Assembly: GCA_951406725.2 (NCBI GenBank)
Contig: OX597820.1
Span: 35,960,001 to 36,024,000, forward strand
Origin: Octopus vulgaris
Lineage: Eukaryota
DNA: 64,000 nucleotides
Reading direction: 5' to 3'
Part shown: positions 39,001 to 49,370 of the stretch, one piece after another
Layout: every line of letters begins with the position of its first letter
Position numbering within the stretch: position 1 is the stretch's first letter
Position numbers and translations under genes: made by a program
The notes under the pieces: generated by a model
Databases searched by the model: none
Seen by the model: only the letters and a program-made list of their open reading frames with translations
What the model was told of the DNA's origin: nothing

Positions 39001-42000
39001 AAAGCAGAATTATAAAATTCAGATATTTTACGTGAACCTTAAATCTTCACATGATGTTTTGACCTCCCAAAGTTTCATAAGTTACACTCACATTTTCCTC
39101 TTTGTATTCATTAAAGCCCACTCAGTGTTCGCCTATACTCAATGAGTAACAACCAACACTTCACTTGTATTTATTATTGTGTTTTGCTTTCTGTTGTTGT
39201 CGCTTTGCTTCTTTGTTCCACTTGATTTTAATTAAAATCTTTGTGTCCTCTTCTCTGTCTCTTTCTTCTCAATCATTTTCTTTTTCTCCATGCTCTTCTT
39301 TCCTTCTCTACATTCCTCTTTATCGTCCACTTCGTCTTCTTTCTTCCTTTTTGTCCATCACCACCTCGTCTCTCCCTCCATCTCTTCGTTTTTTTTCTTC
39401 TTAGCTTCTTTTTCTTTCTTCCTTTTTCACCACCACTGTAGACATAGGCATGGCTTTGTAGTAAGAAGTTTGTTTCTCAGCCACATGGTTCTGGGTTCAG
39501 TCCCACTTCATGGCACCTTGGGCGAGTATCTTTTTCTATAGCCCCTAGCCAACCAAAGCCTTGTGATTGGATTTGGTAGATGGGAACTGAAAGAAGCCCA
39601 TCATGTATGCATGTATGTATACTTCAGAAACGTAACCACATGTGGATTATTGGTGATTTTTCCTTATTTCTCCTTTCTCTTTGGATTTTTCTCTTTCCGA
39701 CAAAGAGTTATACTCGAAACAATAAAATCTCTCTCCTTTCACTATATTTCAATATATTTCTTGTGCACGTCCTCACATTCAGTTTTTTCGTTTTTCCTCT
39801 GTCTTTTGTTTGTTTGTTCTTTGAATTGACTAAACTGTTGGATCAGGTGATGAAGGTCACAGAGAGGGTCATAACCCATCTCATAAAGGAGAGAATTTGC
39901 TTAGATGAGATGCAGTTCGGTTTTGTGCCGGGTAGAAGCACCACTGATGCTATATTCCTGGTTTGACAACTGCAGGAGAAATACCTAGCTAAAGATAAAC
40001 TCCTCTACATAGCTTTTGTGGACTTGGAGAAAGCCTTTGACAGGGTCCCCCGACCCCTTATCTGGTGGTCGATGCGGAAACTGGAGATTGACGAATGGCT
40101 AATAAGGGCTGTACAGGCCCTATACAGAGAGGCTGTCAGCAAGGTTAGGATTGGCAACGAATATAGTGAAGAATTCCGGGTAGAAGTAGGTGTACACCAA
40201 GGTTCAGCCCTCAGTTCCCTTTTATTCATCATAGTCCTCCAGGCAATAACAGAGGAATTCAAAACAGGCTGCCCCTGGGAGCTCCTCTATGCTGATGACC
40301 TGGTTCTCATAGCAGAATCACTACCGGAACTAGAAAAGAAATCTTGGGTGTGGAAGCAAGGGTTAGAATCAAAGGGCCTTAGAGTAAATGTAGCAAAGAC
40401 CAAAGTTATAGTAAGCAGAAAGGCGAACTCAGCACACACACCCTCGGGCTGATGGCCCTGCTCAATCTGTAGGGAAGGTGTAGGTAGAAACTCTATAAGA
40501 TGTACCCAGTGTAAGCTATGGATGCATAAGAGGTGCAGCAACATCAAAGGGAAATTAACTGATAAGACAGCTTTCATGTGCGGCAGATGCACAAGGACAA
40601 TAGACACCACAGATACTCAGAAAACAGATTCCATCACACTCCAGGGGAGAAACTAGAAGTAGTTGATAGTTTCTGCTACCTGGGTGACCAAGTTAGTAGT
40701 GGAGGTGGATGCTCAGAGAGTGTCACCACTAGAATACGAATAGCCTGGGCAAAGTTTAGAAAGCTCCTACCCCTACTGGCGACAAAGGGTCTCTCGATCA
40801 GAGTGAAAGGTAGATTGTATGATGCATGTGTGCGAACTGCCATGCTTCACCGTAGTGAAACATGGGCCGTGACTGCAGAGGACATGCGTAGACTTGAAAG
40901 AAATGAAGCTAGCATGATGCGCTGGATGTGTAATATCAGTGTGCGTGCATGACAGAGGGTAAGCACCCTGAGAAAAATGCTGGACATAAGAAGCATCAGA
41001 TGTGGTGTGCAAGAGCGACGCTTGCGATGGTATGGTCATGTACTGCAGATGGATGAGGAGAGATGTGTGAAGAAGTGCCACTCCAAAACAGTTGAAGGTA
41101 TCAAGGGAAGAGGTAGACCCAGGAAGACATGGGATGAGATAGTCAAGTATGACCTCAGAGCATTGGGCCTCACAGAGGCAATGGCGAAGGACCGAGATCT
41201 CTGGAGATATGCTGTGACTGCAAAGACCCAGGCTGCTTCCTGCACCAGTTCCGCATAGCCCCTGCCCATTTGAAGTACCTTGGATTCCAGAACATCCCGC
41301 TGTGCTTGAGGAGACCTATTGAGTCAAGTACATGAACATCGAAATAAATATCAATGGAAATAGTAGTTGTGATACCTGTGCCGGTGGCACATAAAAAGCA
41401 CCATCCAAACGAGGCCGATGCCAGCACCGCCTCGACTGGCTTCTGTGCCGGTGGCACATAAAAAGCACCATCCAAACGTGACCGATGCCAGCGCCACCCT
41501 GGCTGGCTTCCAACGTGGCCGATGCCAGACTCCCCTGGCACGTAAAAAGCACCCACTACACTCGAGGAGTGGTTGGCGTTAGGAAGGGCATCCAGCTTTA
41601 GAAACACTGCCAGATCAGACTGAAGCCTGGTGCAGCCCCTGGCTTCCCAGACCCCAGTCGAACCGTCCAACCCGTGCTAGCATGGAAAACGGATGTTAAA
41701 CAATGATGATGATGATGATGATGATATGCACACAACTTCATCATCTCTTCCCCACCTCATTTCACACATTTCACCCCTCTTCCTCTCCCTATTCTTACTT
41801 CTCCTCCTTCACCACCACCTCTACTGACCATGTGTAACTGCAACTATCTTTTCTTTTTCATTTTTTTTTTCTGTTTCAGAATCAAATAATAGAGGGGTGA
41901 AGACAAATGAAATGGATTTTGCCATTAAAATCATCAATGTGAGTTGATACCATCTACACATACATATACACCTTCATGTATATTTACACACACACACACA

Positions 42001-45000
42001 CACACACGCACATACACAGGCAACGTGAGCACCTTCTCATGCAAGTCACTTGCCCTGCTAGAAATAGCTGCCAACTTTCCTTCAGACCACACCCTACTGC
42101 CTTTAATAAGGAAATGATGCATTAGATTATGTGGTCATACATATCTGTAAAAATGATAAACTGACCATGGCAGGAAAACCTTTGCCCATAGGTCTGCTTT
42201 ATGAGTATTGACCTTTGGTTAAACAACATATATACACTTATACATACAATAGGATTTTCATGTAGGGCTAATCAACATGTACACATATTTGTAAACATGC
42301 AGACACAGGTGCATGCGCGCACACACACACATACACACACACACTCTTTTTTCTCAGAAATGGGGACACCCATAGTGTTTCTTGTCACCAAACAAGTTTC
42401 TCTCTTATTTTGCCAGTAATTCAGCTTATACCACTCTCTCTGATCACCAAACGGGTTCCGCTCCTACCTTATCTGACTTATAACTTAGTGTGCTTCAGTT
42501 TGTCTGGTCAGCAAACAGGTCCCACTGTTTTCTTGTCCATTTACGTGTTCAGAATTCATATCCCACTGAGCTTAACTTTATCTTTCATCCCTGCAGGGTC
42601 AATAGAATAAACTGAAATATATGTCAAGTTTCTGGTAATTAGTCAATTCTACCTTCTTCTCAAAACTGCTGGCTCTGTGCTTAAAGTGAAAACAAAAGGT
42701 GGCAAACTGGCAGAATTGTTAGCAAGTTGGACAAAATGCTTAGTGGCATTTTTTCTGGCTCTTTGTGCTCGGAGTTCAAATTCTGCCGAGGATGGCTTTG
42801 CCTCTCATCTTTTCAGGGTCAATGATTTAAGTACCAGTTACACACTGGGGTTGATAAAATCGACTTGTCCCCTCCCACAAAATGTCAGGCCTTGTGTCTT
42901 TAGTAGAAAGGATTATTATTATTATTATTATTATTATCATCATCATTATCATCATCATCATTATCATTTATTAGAGTGGTGAGCTGGCAGAATCGTTAGC
43001 ACAAGTCAAATGAAATGTTCAGTGGCATTTCATCTGACTTTACATTCCAAATTCAAATTTCACCGAGGTCATCTTTGCCTTTCATCCTTTCAGGGTCGAT
43101 AAATTAAGCATCAGTTGAACACTGGGGTTGATGTAATTGACTTGCTCCCACCCCCAAAATTGCAGACCTTGTATCAAAATTTGAAATTATTATCACCTCT
43201 GCCCTGGCAAAGGTGGAGGTATTGTTTTCAGTTGTGTTTGTTTGTTTGTTTGTTTGTCCATGGACAAAATATCTCAGGAACCACTGGATGGATTCGGATG
43301 AAACTTTCAGGAATGCTTGGCCTTGCGACTGACACAAACTGATTAAATTTGGGGATTGATCCAGTTCCAGACAAGGATTCTGAATTATTTTTCCAGTTTT
43401 TTTACTTAATTTTTGAGAGTGGTCGAGTTCACTTTTAGTATTCTCGTCTGCAAGAGCAGTCAAATTTATTTAAGATATTTTCATTTTAAAAATCATCTCT
43501 GGCTAATCGGTGTTGCCTTGTCATAGGTTTGCACTGAGTGCTCTTGTTATTATTGATTTTATTTAATAAATTCATTTTTCACTTTAGACAAAACTTAAAG
43601 AACTAATTAGAAGCTGAGTTTTGTTTGTCTTTTGTCATTTAATTATTGTTTAGCAACATGTCAACTAAGATTCAGCAGACATTTGATCAAACTTGTTCCA
43701 GCCATGACCATCCATTGTTATTTTGGTCAACATTGGTTTTCATCACTCCAGAATGAGGGTTGTTAAAATAACTTAGTGCTATTTTACTTGGTTTAGAGCC
43801 ATACCATGTTGAAAACACTGGTTCTCGTCTGATCACTGAAGTTAAGCAACATGAAACCTAGTTAATACTTAGATGGGTGACTGCTGGGGAAACCTAAGTG
43901 CTGTAAACGTCTTTCATTTGTGGAGGCACGTGGCCAAGTGGTTAGAGCAGCGGAGTCACAGTCGAGGAATTGCAATTTCGAATCTCAGAACAGGCGATGT
44001 GTGTGTTTATGAGCAAAACACCTAAGCTCCACACAGCTCCAGCAGAAGATAATGGCAAATTTCTGCTGACTCTTTCACCACAACTTTCTCTCACTCTTTC
44101 CTGCTACATCTAGCAGCTCACCTGCAATGGACTGGCGTTCTGTTCAGATGAGGAACCTATACGCCAATGAAACCAGGAAACTGACCCTTATGAGCCAGGC
44201 ATGGCTCGAGAAGGAACAAGCAACAACAGCATTCTACTTGAGATGTAGACTTAATCCATCTTGCTCAACATCAACCCCTGGACCAAAGCAATGATATCTG
44301 TAGCAGAGTCCATTCTGTCATAAGCATTCAGGGCAAATTTGCTATCACTCTTGGACTCCTTAGAATTGGTCAAAGGTATTACCCTTTCTCATTTGGCTAT
44401 GCCAAAAATAAATCCAGGGCTTCATTATCAAATGTTTCCTTTCTTTTTACAAGACAATGTAATTTGAGAGAGATTTAACTACCATTTCTTGTAGGCTGAC
44501 TGACAACACAGTGACCCCTTCTTTGGCTTGTATGTCTCATCCAGTTTCATCCAAAACCATATCATGATACAAATATCTTTTATAGATTTTGTCTTTCAAT
44601 GTAAATCATTTAATCCTGTTTTTCATCACCTCTGTAGGATATATGCTGCAATTTCCAACTGGATGTTAAAGACGTTCTAGCAACTCTAGGATCAACCAAT
44701 GGTAATGTGAACCAAGCCATTTCTTACATCAAATTTGGACCTAAATTATCAGGTGAGATTTTAGGACTTTTTATTTATTTATTCATTTATTTTGAGCTTT
44801 ATTTGTTTTTTTTTTCTTTTTCTGAATGGCCACCTCATCATTTTTCATTGGTCATCTCATCTGTTTCCAGGAGTCATCTCCTCTATTTTTTTCCACCTTG
44901 ATTTGCATTTATATGCTTACTCATGTTAGGGAGGGCATCCAGATGTAGAAACCATGCCAAATCAGACTGGAACCTGGTGCAGCTCTCTGGCTTACCAGTT

Positions 45001-45174
45001 CCAGTCAAACTGTCTAATGCATGTCAGCATGGAGAGCAAACATCAAATGATAATGATGACGATTATATATATATATATATATATATACATACACACACAC
45101 ACCTATACATATAAACATATATATATATAAACATACATATATATACACACACTCATACATAAATGCACATCAAC

Positions 45175-45225
<51 letters not shown>

Positions 45226-45890
45226 CCAATGGAAAAATTTTCAATAAGCTAGTGCGTCAAACAAAAATATCTTGCATTTTCATTCTAATTGAGGCATCCA
45301 AGATATATCATTGCTAATAAATTATGGGATGATCACAATTGGAATGTCTTTCATCATAGGTTTATGGCATCGGGTCTGACCTAAAGAGAAACACCATGGA
45401 CTAAGAATTGTTTCTGTTTAACTCTCGGCAAACCCTATTTGAGTAAACTTATTCCATCATAGATTTACAGGATCAAGTCTGAGCAGAGAAGTCATTGTTT
45501 AACCCCAAGTTTAGACAGACTTTCTTCATCATGGGTTTACAGGATCAAGTCTCGCCTGGCGATAAACATCAGGAGCAAAGAGATAGTTGTTCTTTAACCC
45601 TAAGTCAATCCTGTTTGAGCATTCCAGCCTTAACCATCTTGTCTTTTTGTATATTCCAGGCATAACATATTGTCCAAAGGCATTCTATCCAATTAATTTA
45701 ATGACTCTCCCAATTTGCTGCTGAGATAACTATTCATTTAATGTTTAATTTTGTTGCAGGTGTGATACCATGGACACAGGAGGAAGATGCCATTATTTCA
45801 TCAACAGATGAGCATCAATTTAAAGACATTCTTCAAAAGCATGGGCATGTTGCTGTAGCCCAAAGACTTCAATTTCTGGATAATTTGTAA
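11964..45890 (+). CDS. TERF2IP: Rap1 / telomeric repeat-binding factor 2-interacting protein 1-like gene; spliced CDS join(11964..12094,14613..14730,19867..20323,25144..25295,27108..27219,36585..36713,41880..41938,44638..44752,45760..45890), 1404 nt, 467 aa
   Basis: Hand-spliced exons have canonical AG/GT sites and matching phases (2,0,1,0,1,1,0,1). The Myb domain [16 protein letters not shown]...[28 protein letters not shown] resembles the human RAP1 Myb pattern (F-T-x-x-DD-x-x-IL-x-Y...GNALWKAME...HSWQSLK-x-RYL). The C-terminus ...[14 protein letters not shown]...[11 protein letters not shown]...[16 protein letters not shown] resembles the RCT domain (W-S-x-x-DD...KFG-x-x-x-V-x-x-R-x-x-F). 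Confidence 0.88.
12240..12580 (+). mobile_element. tRNA-derived SINE (head GAAGGCACATGGCTCAGTGGTTAGAGC)
   Basis: A/B-box-like head; reverse-oriented relative at ~28435-28775. Confidence 0.7.
13365..13580 (+). mobile_element. MetaSINE/MESC-like tRNA-derived SINE
   Basis: Head GGCGGCGAGCTGGCAGAAAC...GAGTTCAAATTCC, central GGTCGACTTTGCCTTTCATCCTTTC...AAGTACCAG; copies at ~14980-15210, 31555-31775, 34805-35000, 42698-42910, 42975-43165, 54415-54590 and 56125-56270(-). Confidence 0.75.
14613..14730 (+). CDS. TERF2IP: TERF2IP-like coding exon 2, N-terminal part of the Myb domain
   Basis: ttcttcAG acceptor, GAG|GTAAGC donor; [39 protein letters not shown]. Confidence 0.9.
15700..17050 (+). mobile_element. 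5'-truncated RTE-clade LINE (C-terminal RT/thumb region, 3'UTR with ~57-bp tandem repeats, (GAT)n tail)
   Basis: ORF 15762-16424: [12 protein letters not shown]...RIRIAWAKF...AMLHGSETW...[12 protein letters not shown]...[10 protein letters not shown]; RTE hallmarks. Confidence 0.92.
18420..18640. mobile_element. Fold-back MITE (~85-bp inverted arms)
   Basis: GTATATGTCCGGTCATAGAGTGACCAAT...ATAAAGTGCTTAGCC...TCATCAGACTCT vs reverse complement AGAGTCTGATGA...GGCTAAGCACTTTAT...ATTGGTCACTCTATGACCAGACATATAC. Confidence 0.85.
19867..20323 (+). CDS. TERF2IP: TERF2IP-like coding exon 3, Myb recognition helix plus acidic coiled-coil linker
   Basis: ttccAG acceptor, AAG|GTGAG donor; [24 protein letters not shown]...[12 protein letters not shown]...[11 protein letters not shown]. 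Confidence 0.9.
21248..21468. mobile_element. piggyBac-like MITE with TTAA TSD
   Basis: TTAA|CCCTTTTGATACCA ... TGGTAACAAAAGGG|TTAA; partial relatives at ~13675-13930 and 28080-28150. Confidence 0.8.
22144..23111 (+). mobile_element. Internally deleted Tx1-like non-autonomous retroelement (ORF1 remnant plus 3' tail) with 24-bp flanking direct repeat
   Basis: KYGTVEVRF...[24 protein letters not shown] resembles the ORF1 at 4020-4170 (YSTVEVKF...LVLIYTYL...VPQEI); direct repeat AAGTATCAAGAAT(A/G)TGATTTTATG at 22120-22143 and 23112-23135. Confidence 0.65.
23755..24987 (+). mobile_element. Head-to-tail triplicated RTE 3'-UTR
   Basis: Three successive copies of GTGGCCCC(T/A)ACCTGGGACGT...GAACATCAATGGAATTTGTATC...; a single (GAT)n tail at the end. 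Confidence 0.88.
25144..25295 (+). CDS. TERF2IP: TERF2IP-like coding exon 4 (linker)
   Basis: ttatgtTAG acceptor, CAG|GTGAG donor; [14 protein letters not shown]...[16 protein letters not shown]...PSQ; phases 1 and 0 fit. Confidence 0.8.
25341..25626. repeat. Long hairpin / fold-back (~120-150-bp arms, ~13-nt loop)
   Basis: ATTAGAGAAAAACCACTATTATGCAAT...AATAAACAATAT vs ATATTGTTTATT...ATTGCATAATAGTGGTTTTTCTCTAAT. Confidence 0.92.
27108..27219 (+). CDS. TERF2IP: TERF2IP-like coding exon 5 (Ser-rich, with basic NLS-like [10 protein letters not shown])
   Basis: ttctCAG acceptor, A|GTGAGT donor; phases 0 and 1 fit. Confidence 0.8.
28870..30240 (-). mobile_element. Highly decayed RTE-type LINE fragments
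   Basis: Minus-strand remnants such as [15 protein letters not shown]...VNLTKTKV and [11 protein letters not shown], similar to the RTE at 39830. Confidence 0.6.
30393..30728 (+). mobile_element. Non-autonomous Helitron-like element
   Basis: Starts after a (TA)n run at TCTTTAAA...; ends GCAATGCCGGGTCATAGTGCTAG|T, matching the Helitron 3' CTAG-T terminus. Confidence 0.55.
30848..31834 (+). mobile_element. Internally deleted Tc1/mariner (maT/DD37D-like) transposon with a SINE inserted near the right TIR
   Basis: TIRs TA|CACAGGCTGCCCTGAAATTAAGG and CCTTAATTTCGGGACACCCTGTG|TA; transposase remnants PNLNPLDFS and [40 protein letters not shown]. Confidence 0.85.
31843..32071. mobile_element. Tc1-like MITE
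   Basis: TA|CAGTTGTGGCTAAAAGTTTG ... CAAACTTTTGGCCATGACTG; internal ~70-bp direct duplication. Confidence 0.7.
32210..32446. repeat. Hairpin / fold-back (~90-bp arms, ~11-nt loop, ~40-nt insert in the right arm)
   Basis: GGTGTCTGAGAGACACCACCTAAAATGTTCATATCGCACCACGAGATAAGACAGAGAGACAAAATAAACTG vs its near-exact reverse complement. Confidence 0.92.
33021..33235 (-). mobile_element. Mariner-derived MITE (Hsmar1/cecropia-type TIR)
   Basis: TIRs GGGTTGGTGCATAATTACTGC / GCAATAATTATGCACCAACCC; minus-strand C-terminal remnant [20 protein letters not shown]. Confidence 0.85.
33450..34380 (+). mobile_element. Older, decayed RTE 3' fragment
   Basis: [12 protein letters not shown]...GRPRKTW remnants with frameshifts and CpG decay. 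Confidence 0.8.
35190..37097 (+). repeat. Intragenic ~0.9-kb tandem duplication (35190-36010 / 36170-37097)
   Basis: Shared blocks 35190-35515 ~ 36170-36470 and 35860-36010 ~ 36948-37097. Confidence 0.85.
36585..36713 (+). CDS. TERF2IP: TERF2IP-like coding exon 6 (129 nt, symmetrical phase 1)
   Basis: ctattCAG acceptor, A|GTAAGT donor; [42 protein letters not shown] is open in the expected phase. Confidence 0.7.
38545..38895. repeat. Degenerate ~20-22-bp minisatellite (consensus ~GGCTTCTGCAACAAGTGCAGTT)
   Basis: About 15 imperfect copies visible. Confidence 0.8.
39828..41725 (+). mobile_element. 5'-truncated RTE-clade LINE with RT domain (stops and frameshifts) and 3'UTR
   Basis: [43 protein letters not shown], Cys-rich insert, [17 protein letters not shown]; (GAT)n tail. 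Confidence 0.93.
41880..41938 (+). CDS. TERF2IP: TERF2IP-like coding exon 7 (start of the RCT region)
   Basis: Strong polypyrimidine tract plus CAG, AAT|GTGAGT donor; [20 protein letters not shown]. Confidence 0.8.
43168..43548 (+). mobile_element. Helentron-associated (HINE/DINE-1-like) non-autonomous element
   Basis: TTATCACCTCTGCC...GGTGGAGGT short hairpin, (TTTG)n microsatellite, ATATCTCAGGAACC...GGATTCGGATGAAACTT core. Confidence 0.6.
43791..43908 (+). pseudogene. 5S rRNA pseudogene (full length, CpG-decayed)
   Basis: GTTTAGAGCCATACCATGTTGAAAACACTGGTTCTCGTCTGATCACTGAAGTTAAGCAAC...TTAATACTTAGATGGGTGACTGC...GTGCTGTAAAC is collinear with metazoan 5S rRNA. Confidence 0.9.
43922..44228 (+). 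mobile_element. tRNA-derived SINE (same head as 4630) directly downstream of the 5S copy
   Basis: GGAGGCACGTGGCCAAGTGGTTAGAGCAGCGG...GAGCAAAACACCTAAGCTCCAC; (CAA)n tail. Confidence 0.8.
44638..44752 (+). CDS. TERF2IP: TERF2IP-like coding exon 8 (RCT domain)
   Basis: ctgTAG acceptor, CAG|GTGAG donor; [38 protein letters not shown]. Confidence 0.87.
45760..45890 (+). CDS. TERF2IP: TERF2IP-like last coding exon (end of RCT domain, stop TAA); exon extends to donor after 45903
   Basis: ttgCAG acceptor; [43 protein letters not shown]; ATG|GTAAGT donor 13 nt after the stop. Confidence 0.9.
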
Positions 45891-46789
45891 ATGTTCCCTC
45901 ATGGTAAGTGATTCTATTTCATTGCAAAAAGTATATTTGTCATTAGAACAAAGGAGACTTTATACAGTTGCTCGGCCTGCTAGAAAATCATACCCTTCTG
46001 CCTTAAATCACACCCTACTTTCTTAAAGAAAAGTACATTGAACAGAACACTCTGATATACATGAAGGTATGATCGCTGGTTGAAATGCCTTTGATGATAA
46101 GTCAGATGAATCGGGACTGGCCAGGGTCTAAATGACAACTTTTAATTGCAATATACTTACGTAATCATTAAGATGGTGAGCTGGCAAAATTGTTGGCACA
46201 CTGAACAAAATGCTTAGCAACATTTGGTGTCCTTATGTTCTGAGTTCAAATTCCACTCAAGTTCATCATCATCATCATCATCATTATCATCATTGTTTAA
46301 TGTCCGCTTTCCATGCTAGCATGGATTGGACGATTTGACTGAAGTCTGGCAAACCAGATGGTTGCACCAGGCTCCAATCTGATCTGGCAGAGTTCCTACA
46401 GCTGGATGCCCTTCCTAATGTCAACCACTTCGAGAGTGTAGTGGGTGCTTTTATGTGCCACCAGCATGAGGGCCAGTCAGGCGGTACTGGCAACGGCCAC
46501 GCTCAAATGGTCCTTGCTTTTCATCCTTTCAGTGTCAATACAATAAGTACCAGTTAACTACTGGAGGTGTGGGTGGGGGCAATGTAATCAACTTACCCCT
46601 ACTTCCCTGATCTTGCTAGCCTTGAGCCAAAATCAGAAACCAATATACTTACATAATCAAGTGTGATTATCTGTGAGACTGGGTATGGTGGCTTTAGTCT
46701 ATGATTTGCTGTTGTCATTTAGGCCCAAGTTAGCCTGGTCAAAGCCAAGAATGGCAAAGCATGAGTCATATTCTTCCTGTTGAATAACA

Positions 46790-47245
46790 TCTGGAAGATA
46801 AGACTCATCCACAGTATTACTTGAATCCACATCCTCAATTCAAGTGTGATGTCAGTTGATTTGTATTGGATTGTGACATGGAGATATACAAAAGCCTCTC
46901 TAAAGAGGATTCAGAACTTAATCAACCACTACCTCTAAGGGATATTCAGAATCCATTGACTGAAGAAAATCAACAGCATAGCTCTGTGGAAACAAACCCA
47001 GCAGTCTCTTGTTGACATGTGGACCAAGCATAAAACCTAGCACTGGATTTGGTATACCTGCTAAAGGCTACATTTCAACTTCATCAGGTTATCTTGGTAG
47101 AACCCACAAGCTATATAAGGAAGAGATGAGAGCCAGGAAACTCCTTGAAAATGAAGTGAGAGCTTGATGGAGCTGGGGCTACAACTGGAACAGAAATCCC
47201 AGGAGAGAGATGAATAGAGGGAATTTGTCAAGGGCCTAATGAAAA
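46790..47245 (+). mobile_element. Ancient RTE-like LINE 3' fragment
   Basis: Remnants resembling LRRIFRIH..., WNPQG..RGRP and the typical C-terminal pattern. Confidence 0.5.
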
Positions 47246-49129
47246 AATAACAAGTTTGATGAAACAAACACCTGATCGTGCGAATGTGAGCCACAACTAA
47301 TTAATCATATTTCCAAGAATGACATAACCTGAACTACATCATACAGTGTGGATTTTAGGGTGGTTTGGATGCTATTTCCAGCAGGGTATGTAACTATGTA
47401 GAAGCTCTTACATATCGATCAGGATCAATATAAATCAGGGGGAAAAAAAGCAATCAATGAGAACTAACACATCTGAGATTGTTAATGAAAATAGAAACAT
47501 GGATTTAGCAACAATTGTAGAATTCTTTTAGTATTAAGTTTTGTTTTGGTGTTTAGTTTATGTTTTTGTTCTTTTATTCTTTTGCTGTATTCAGTCAGTG
47601 CACTGTGGCCATGCTGGGGCTCTGCCTTCAAGGGATTTACCTAATCATATTGTCCCCAGTATTAATTTCAGTCTCTTATTTGTTTTATTGATCTATATTA
47701 TAGGAGCAGACATGGATGTATGGTTAAGAAGTTTGCTTCCCAACCACATGGTTTCAGATTCAGTCTCACTGCATGGCTAATTAAAGCCTTGGGAGTGAAT
47801 TTGGTACACGAATACTGAAAGAAGCCTGTCACGTGTGTGTGTGTGTGTGTCCTTGTCTTGACATCACATAATAGTTAAGTAAGTGAGTATTAGTGTTGTA
47901 CAAACAGTTTCATTCACCTTCAGTATTCAGCAAAATATGTCTGGCCTGGGGAAAATTTTGCCTTGCTTGGAAACAATTGGGGCCTGGCAACAGTAAAGGC
48001 ATCCAGCTGTAAAAAATCTGCTTCTTCCGACTCTCTCCAACCCATTCAAGTATGGAAAAGTGGACATCATCATCATCATCATGTAGTAGTAGTAGTAGTA
48101 ATAGTAGTAAATACTACTCCACATTGTATAAAGGTAGGCAAGAGTGGCTGGAAAGAATGATGGTTTTTGAAAAGATGTCAGAGTATACTATCAAGATACA
48201 AGTAGATAAGTATAAGAAAGAATTGGAAAGGGTGAGTAGATAACTTCATCGGATTGTGAAAAGAGAATGGTAGATGGTTAATCCTTTAGTGTTTAAACCA
48301 TTTATCTCCAGCTCACTACCTATTTTATGTTCAGACCAGCCATATCTAACCTTTCACATTCCCCCTACAATGTCCTTCTAAAAGATAAACAATCAGGCGT
48401 GGCTGTGTGGTAAGAAGCTTACTTCCAAACCACTTGGTCCTGGGTTCAGTCCCACTGTGTATCACCTTGGGCACATGTCTTCTACTATAGCCAGCTGAAG
48501 CCTTGTGAACAAATTTGGTAGACAGAAACTGAAAGAAGTCCATCACGTGTATGTGTGTGTTTGTTCCCCACCACCATTTGATAACCGGTGTTGGTGTGTT
48601 TACGTTACCATAACTTAGTGATTCAGCAACAAGTGACCGATAGGATAAGTACTAGGCTTTAAAAAATGTAAATACTGGGGTTGATTCGTTTGACTATAAA
48701 GTTCTTCAAGACAGTGCCCAAGCATGGCCACAGATAAATGATAAAATTATATCATTGAAGTTTTGATGCTGCAAGATAATGCATGGTTAATGTAAAACAG
48801 TGTGAATAAATAAGCATTACAATTGACAGAATAACCTGCTGAATTCTAAAAGGTTAATGCAGTGAATGGAACAAGGATAGAGGTTTAGTCAATGCTAAAT
48901 ATCAGTGCAGAGAAAAGGTGAAAGAATAGGAGTAACTTAGGAAGGAAGTAACAGTACAGAAAGAGTGTAGAGCAGCTGTATAATAAACCTGTTTGATTGT
49001 ATGATAATTTTAACTAATTATATTTTTCTGTTCTGTATTTTCACAGTTCATCGCTTCATCCCAAGGAATGACAGCAACAACAACCCTCACCATCTGTATT
49101 TTATATATGTCTCCGTTTATATTGATTTT

Positions 49130-49165
<36 letters not shown>

Positions 49166-49370
49166 GTGTGTGTGTATGTAACAGTTATGGTGGGAGAGGG
49201 TTATAACAAGGATTGGTATGGACTGAGCCCTCAGTTAACTTATAGTGCATGTATGTGTGTGTGATTACATGTATATATTTGTGTGAATGTGCTTATATGT
49301 ATATATGAATGTATGTTTGCTTTTGTAATTCATGAAGGTGTGCATGTGTATATATATATATATATATATA

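Noticed and set aside
43791-43908. Functional 5S rRNA gene
   Set aside because: Single intronic copy with multiple CpG transitions and disrupted helices; called a pseudogene
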